From contig AP039706.1 in NCBI GenBank assembly GCA_051599415.1, forward strand, positions 186,001-250,000: 64,000 bases of DNA, written 5' to 3'. A program made the position numbers and the translations under genes. How positions within the stretch are numbered: the first letter of the stretch is position 1; each line of letters opens with the position of its first letter. Positions 58,326 to 64,000 of this stretch are shown in pieces. Source of the stretch: Savitreella phatthalungensis (taxonomy: Eukaryota). The notes beneath the pieces are model-generated. The model was not told the DNA's origin, searched no databases, and saw only the letters and a program-made list of their open reading frames with translations.

Positions 58326-60077
58326 TCTCGAATTCTAATTTCAATACTCTGAGTGCTTAGTTCTCATCTCTATTAAAAAAATCTGCTAGAGCGGTCGAAG
58401 AGGATGAGACTTTCTAGGCTATCCTGCATCTCACTGAAATTGAAGCCGGAACACTGGACTGTACTCCACTGCACTGCTCTCCACCAATCCCCAGCTCAAG
58501 ACGCTATCATCTGCCCGCTAATTGTGCCGTGAGCGCGCGCCTGCGACGGAATTGCATTCACGAAAATTGCTTGTTTGAGTCAGTAGGGATCGGGCGCGTT
58601 CGCGATTGAAATACATCTCGACGAATGCAAGTTGCATTTGCACGAGCACGAGCACGATCATCGACACGTGTTTTTCGCTCTAGTGTCTTTGACGCGGCTC
58701 ACGTATGGCATCCAATGCATTATAGCAAGCAGATTGATGAGGGACTCTATGGCTTTGATGCAGTAGCGATTCACTGAAACTCAGCGCCTTCCAAGTCTAT
58801 GCATTCTGACCAAGGCTGCGCTCATGCTTCACGTTGCTTGAATTGACTCGGTGAGCGCAACCGATATGGTCTATAGCCTGCTCAGCAGCGCGCGGTCACA
58901 ACGCAGCGCACTATTTGAGACGGGGCATCTTGTCGATCCGTTCAGGATTGACGCACCCCTGAACCCGTGGGCTTCGGACATTTCGCCTCGCGGTACAACC
59001 AAGATTGCACGGGGTCGATGGTGATTCGCGTTGCCGCGGTCCACGGTTGATCATTGATCAGTGAATGGTTCTACACCTAAGTTTGATATCCAAGTGGGTC
59101 TTGAGACTGAGGACTAGTGGCTCAGCCGCCACCAAGCCTCAGCATGCACCCCGCTGATCATCGTTTTTCACTTGAGCATTTCAGACGACGCGAAATTAAC
59201 GGTCTCTCAGTCTCACGCGCCGCTCCACTACAGGCACTCTTTCAATAGTGTTGGGAATGATCTGGATAACAGATGAACTTCCCTCGGTCGGCGGGGGCCC
59301 ACGTTCCAATTGAAAATTCACGGGGGTCGAATACCCGGAGCCAGGAGTCTGGACGTGGCCTCCATGCAGCTAGCTGTGTTTTCTTTGTGTGTACACGAGG
59401 TCGCTGGTATTGAATTGGTAAAATGAAATATCGAACTTTTATGTCTCGATCCAACATGGTATCATACGGCTCACAGATTGAAGATCATTTAATAAACAAT
59501 ACTCGCGCGAGCTATGGCTTATCCTGTTGCTCTGTTGCACCTTCCACACCTTCCAGATTATTCACAATCTATCGAAGGTGGAACTAAATGGTGGGTAAGA
59601 CCGTGACTATCCGAGCGTCGCGAATCTCTGGTCAGTAAAATGTTCTTTACCAATGTCTCGGCTCAAATGGCGGTGATACGACAAAATCCAATTTGGCCTC
59701 CAGCCTTCGAATTATCTGCGGAAGGTGAGCGCATTGATGACTGAAGCTGATTGGTACGCTTCCAACTCAGCCCCAGATTTCGGATCACACGCGAATCTAT
59801 CAGAAAACCTTCCGGCATTGCACCTTGTCCAGGCTCAGACTATGTGAGACCATTAAGATTGAGGTTGAGCATCAAAGAGCTAGACAAGTATCCTGCCATG
59901 CGGAGATGCCCAATCAGATTTCTAGCCAGCAACCAGCTCGCAGGTTCTCCCCCGCCTTGGAAAACCATCCGAGAACAATAACTGACAGAGCTGAAAAACA
60001 GCATGACCGCAGCAAGGCGCGTCTCGTGTTTATACTGCAACGGATGCGGGGGGAAGGGACTGTCGTCCTCAGTCGTT

Positions 60078-60083
60078 TATAAA
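60078..60083 (+). promoter_or_regulatory. Putative TATA box of the MFS transporter
   Basis: TATAAA about 100 nt upstream of ATG 60183. Confidence 0.5.
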
Positions 60084-60182
60084 GTCCACCTGTTCGCCCA
60101 TCTCTCGTCGTTTAACGGCAATCCCTGTATTCTTCCACTCACTCAGCCGCAGCCCCATCTTCCTTTCTCTATTGGCGGCAAA

Positions 60183-61955
60183 ATGACGGACCACATCACT
60201 GAGAAGAGGTTCGCTACTGAGGCCCGCGACTCGTCCTCCCTCGGCGACGGCGCAGACCTCGAGAAGACGGCCACTGGCACCACGCTCACAAAGACAGCCA
60301 CTGGTCAGGCTCAAATTGGCGCGGACGACGATGTCAAGATTGATGCAAAGACATTCATTGCCTGTTTGGCTCTTTCCTTCTTGTGGACTGGTTCCCAGAT
60401 CCCTCTTTACATGTTGCTCGCATGTGTCGACTTCACCCTAGCTGACATCGGTGGCGCAGAAATCCAGGTCTGGTACGTGCTTGGTCCAATTCTGGCCCTC
60501 GCTGCTACTGCACCTGTAGCAGGTTCGATTTCGGACGTCTTCGGCCGTCGTGGCGCCGTCCTCGCCGGTGCAGTCTCCCTTTGCATTGGTCTCATCCTCC
60601 TGGGAACCGCAAAGATTCCTGGACAGCAGCTCGCCTCTTTCCCGTTCACAGGTATTGGTGCAGCACTACTGGAGATCAACGCGCTGGCAGCTGTCAACGA
60701 AATCGCCCCGAACAAGCTCCGTGGCTTCTACACGTCGATGCTTGTCTGGACCATCATTCCTTTCGCACCTCTCGGTATCTACGCTCTTGAGCTCTCTGTC
60801 CACGACACCTGGCGCTGGAACGTTTGGATTCCGCTCATCTGGTCAGGCATTGGTCTCGTTCTCACCTGGTTCTTCTACCGCCCGCCACCCCGTGTCTTCC
60901 AGGGACACACGTTCACCAAGATGGAGAAGCTCAAGCGTCTTGACTGGGGAGGCTTTTTCCTGTCCGTTGCTGGCATCACCCTTTTCCTCTTCGGTCTCGG
61001 TGCGGGCGGTTACACTGCTCCATGGAAGTCGGCGACCGTGATCGTCCCTCTGATCCTCGGATTCCTCCTCATGGTCGGACTCTTCTTCTGGGAGGCCCGC
61101 TTTGCACGCAATCCGCTCATGGACACTCGTGTCTTCAAGAACACACGTGTCTTCGTCCTGACCCTGATCATCACTGCCGTCGCTGGAGCAAACTTCTTCT
61201 CGATCCTCATCCTGATCCCGAAGTACATTTTCTCCGTCTTCCCGCTCATCTCGACCGCACACCAAGGTCTTCTCATCATGGCACAGACCATTTCGACTCT
61301 GTTCGGCGCTGGATTCTTCTCCTGGACCATCTCGCGTTTCCACGGCTCCATCCGCCCGCAGATGATGCTTGCCTGCGTTCTCATGATTGCAGGTCTTGGT
61401 GCCATTCCCGCTGTTGGCTACGGTAACAAGGACACCATCCTCCTTGGATTCCTCATTTGTATCGGATCGATCGGCGTCGGCGGTATTGTTCTCCCGGCAT
61501 CTGTCATCACGCAGCTTTGCACGCCTGACGAATACCTCGGCACCGTTACTGCCATCACGTTCGTGGCTCGTGTGCTTGGTGGAGCAATCGGCTTCGCATG
61601 CTACTTCTACATCTTGAACTCTCGTGCTACAAGCATCTTCGCCGACTTGAAGAACCCGCCCTCGCTCAGGCTCATCTCCTTCTTGCTTGGTCAGAAATTC
61701 ACCGTGCCTGAACTCACTACATTCCTGCAGCACCTCGCCATTTCTGACCTCAAGTACATCCACCAGAACATCCCGAAGGCCACAGAGGCAGTCATCACGT
61801 ACTCAGAGGCATTCGCTCGTCCTATCTGGATCGATGCCTTCTCGCACGTCTGGTATGCATCGATCGGTTTCTCGGCAGTTGGCCTGATTGCGTCGGTCTT
61901 CCTCGGAGATGTGCGCAAGTACATGACCTCGCACCGCGCTGTCGTCTACCACTAG
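60183..61955 (+). CDS. MFS transporter, ~14 TM (DHA2 / TRI12-like fungal efflux family)
   Basis: FLWTGSQIP, GSISDVFGRR (motif A), EIAPNKLRG, WRW, FFYRPP, LDWGG, PWKSATVI; ATG at 60183 (MTDHITEK). Confidence 0.9.
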   Translation: MTDHITEKRFATEARDSSSLGDGADLEKTATGTTLTKTATGQAQIGADDDVKIDAKTFIACLALSFLWTGSQIPLYMLLACVDFTLADIGGAEIQVWYVLGPILALAATAPVAGSISDVFGRRGAVLAGAVSLCIGLILLGTAKIPGQQLASFPFTGIGAALLEINALAAVNEIAPNKLRGFYTSMLVWTIIPFAPLGIYALELSVHDTWRWNVWIPLIWSGIGLVLTWFFYRPPPRVFQGHTFTKMEKLKRLDWGGFFLSVAGITLFLFGLGAGGYTAPWKSATVIVPLILGFLLMVGLFFWEARFARNPLMDTRVFKNTRVFVLTLIITAVAGANFFSILILIPKYIFSVFPLISTAHQGLLIMAQTISTLFGAGFFSWTISRFHGSIRPQMMLACVLMIAGLGAIPAVGYGNKDTILLGFLICIGSIGVGGIVLPASVITQLCTPDEYLGTVTAITFVARVLGGAIGFACYFYILNSRATSIFADLKNPPSLRLISFLLGQKFTVPELTTFLQHLAISDLKYIHQNIPKATEAVITYSEAFARPIWIDAFSHVWYASIGFSAVGLIASVFLGDVRKYMTSHRAVVYH

Positions 61956-62300
61956 TATGTTTTCATTTCTTTCTCATCAGGATACTGTACAGCGAGGCCT
62001 GGTCTTCATTGTTCCATGCTGCTTCACGCATACTCTCCGATAGTCAATATTCATGTCATATACCTGGACGATTGAAGCAAGTCCTTTTTGTCTCCCTGTC
62101 CTGCATGATGAGCTGGGTCATGGCTACAGTGTACTGTCTGTAGCATACTATATTCGAAGAGTGTGATTGCCCGGCCAACATATCAAATATCCTTGGACAT
62201 TTCGATCTATGTACGCACGCATCAATTTGATCTGTCCGGTCTAAGAATAAGTCAGTTGTTGAAAACGAATGCGGAGTAATGATCAACAGCGCATGAATCT

Positions 62301-62939
62301 ATGACATCGTCGGCGGCAGTCGGGGCGGCCCTGTCGCGGGCTTGGGTCAAACTACAAGATGGTCTGAGGTCGTTTTGGAATCGCTTGAAATCGGCGCTTC
62401 ACTGGGTGCTGGGCTTCACCGAAGAGCGGTTCTCATTCGACGCGTACACGCAGGTCACAGACGAGTTTGATCACCTGCTATCGACAGACCCGACGAGCGG
62501 ATCCTTCTTCTCGCGCTTCACCCGCAGGCGGTCTCGAGGCAGAGCGAGCGACCAGCGTCGGCGAAGCAGAGCGACGACCAGAACTGTTTCAAGCACGGAT
62601 GGTTCATTAGCTTCCTTGCTAGAAAATGAGATCGAGGATCCAGAATCTCTAGGGGACGACAGCATAGGCATGCTCGCCACAGCTACAGATGAGCAGCTTG
62701 CAGATGAGGAACGCCGGATAGAGGAAGAGGAAGAAGCACGTGTCACTGAAGGACGTCGACGTGCACAGGTTGCATTGCAGGCAGCGGGGGCGGCAGCAAT
62801 ACCTGCAGGTCCAGCAGGATCAGCAGGATCAGCGGAACCAGCTGGGAGTGATCCTGGATCCCGCTCGATATCCATCGCATCTTTGCATCGAGATGGAGAA
62901 GATGGTAGAGGTGGAGAAGGGCATGAGGAGGGGATATGA
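62301..62939 (+). CDS. Hypothetical protein (212 aa, acidic coiled segment)
   Basis: ATG ORF; amphipathic N-terminus, DEQLADEERRIEEEEEAR segment. Confidence 0.65.
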   Translation: MTSSAAVGAALSRAWVKLQDGLRSFWNRLKSALHWVLGFTEERFSFDAYTQVTDEFDHLLSTDPTSGSFFSRFTRRRSRGRASDQRRRSRATTRTVSSTDGSLASLLENEIEDPESLGDDSIGMLATATDEQLADEERRIEEEEEARVTEGRRRAQVALQAAGAAAIPAGPAGSAGSAEPAGSDPGSRSISIASLHRDGEDGRGGEGHEEGI

Positions 62940-63182
62940 GCTCTGTTTCTTGGACTCTGATTCCTTCTGTTCAGCTACGGGCGTGGTTGAGTGTGCAGGT
63001 ATCTTGAGAAGGCTGGACTGGACAAGTTTCCAAGTATGCAGGGCGGGGCACAAACTCTGATTTGTGGACTTGTGAGTGGTCAGCTTTGAAGATCTCCACT
63101 TTTCAGGCCTGTGCACTGTCAAATCTCTTGTTTCACGCTTAAAAATTGATTTCGCCATTGAAAAGTCTCAAGTCTCATGCTC

Positions 63183-63217
63183 GAGTCAAGAGTCAAGAGT
63201 CAAGAATTAAGAATCAA
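63183..63217. repeat. 7-bp tandem repeat (GAGTCAA)x3 plus 2 degenerate copies
   Basis: Visible directly in the sequence. Confidence 0.75.
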
Positions 63218-63821
63218 GAGTGGCATCAAGGAAAGTAGGCCCAAATTAATATAGATTATAATTTATGGACTCGATCGGACTAGATCAGACAATTTATAAG
63301 ATTTACAAGACTTAGTAACATTATTAACTTGTACTCTCATGTATCTGAGTAATGCATATGCATATAATTTATATATGATTAAGCCAACACGCATACTAGT
63401 GACAGTCACTAACGTATACGTGCAACTGAAGGTGATCGCGTCAGAGATTCCTAGATGCACGTCAACTAGCACTCGACTCAACGATGCGGCACATCTCATC
63501 TGATCGTCTGCCAGAGGCGCAAATCCATGACAACCTTTCGTACACTTCATCTCAAAGCTTGTGTCGTTCACCCGATATAAAGCTTTCTTCAGGAATCTGT
63601 GCGGCAAGTCACTGTACGTCTGTATAATTTGTGTAAAAATAGAATACATATATAGCATATGTCTTTTGAAAGACTAAATTTAGAGCTTAAAATCGAGCGT
63701 ACGGCTTGAGTTATCATATCCAGCGAGCGGCTATGCACCAAATCGTGCAGATTCAATTAACAGCGAACAGGCAGAACTTCAGCTGCTTTCGTCAATCAAT
63801 CACTCACCTCACATAACAAAC

Positions 63822-63848
63822 TCACTTGCTTCACTTGCTTCACTTGCT
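63822..63848. repeat. 9-bp tandem repeat (TCACTTGCT)x3
   Basis: Visible directly; probably in the promoter of a gene beyond the window. Confidence 0.75.
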
Positions 63849-64000
63849 CCAGTTGCTCCACTTACCCACTCACGCGCTCCCTTCCTCAACAACCCATATA
63901 GTCCTTGAAGCACTCGTTCAATCCTTGTACATCAGCAATTCAGGATTCTCTGCTATTGACAAGGTGCTTGCCCGCCTATCGACAACTGATACTTTCCAAG

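Noticed and set aside
54466..61955. Secondary-metabolite cluster (acyl-CoA ligase plus TRI12-like pump)
   Set aside because: No PKS, NRPS, terpene synthase or tailoring enzymes; neighbours are primary-metabolism genes.

Overview
Gene-dense, very intron-poor fungal (ascomycete) genomic DNA. Gene content and compactness suggest Taphrinomycotina (Taphrina/Protomyces/Savitreella-like), which is an inference only. Two blocks of conserved housekeeping genes occupy about 11-43.8 kb and 49.7-63 kb: cyclophilin, DUF2461, GFA protein, RPL20, sphingolipid C9-methyltransferase, FCF1, MNS1, RPB11, a subtilase, MHR1, SVP26, XPT1/HPT1, CCX exchanger, RCY1, IES1, RPT4, DAHP synthase, DED1, YjbQ, eIF2-gamma, a mitochondrial carrier, SDA1, acetoacetyl-CoA synthetase, IDH1 and an MFS pump. 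Two orphan-rich accessory islands sit beside them. The first (0-10.9 kb) holds a tandem array of five paralogous small secreted proteins of about 125-130 aa with a conserved Cys pair, a candidate undescribed effector family. The second (43.8-49.7 kb) holds one intact orphan gene plus two decayed paralogs that share a 196-bp inverted repeat. Upstream of IDH1 is a candidate structured ~200-nt RNA with a perfect Pol III B-box and a T13 run that I could not match to a known ncRNA. Two short spliceosomal introns were found by eye. All assignments come from motif recognition; no database search was run.
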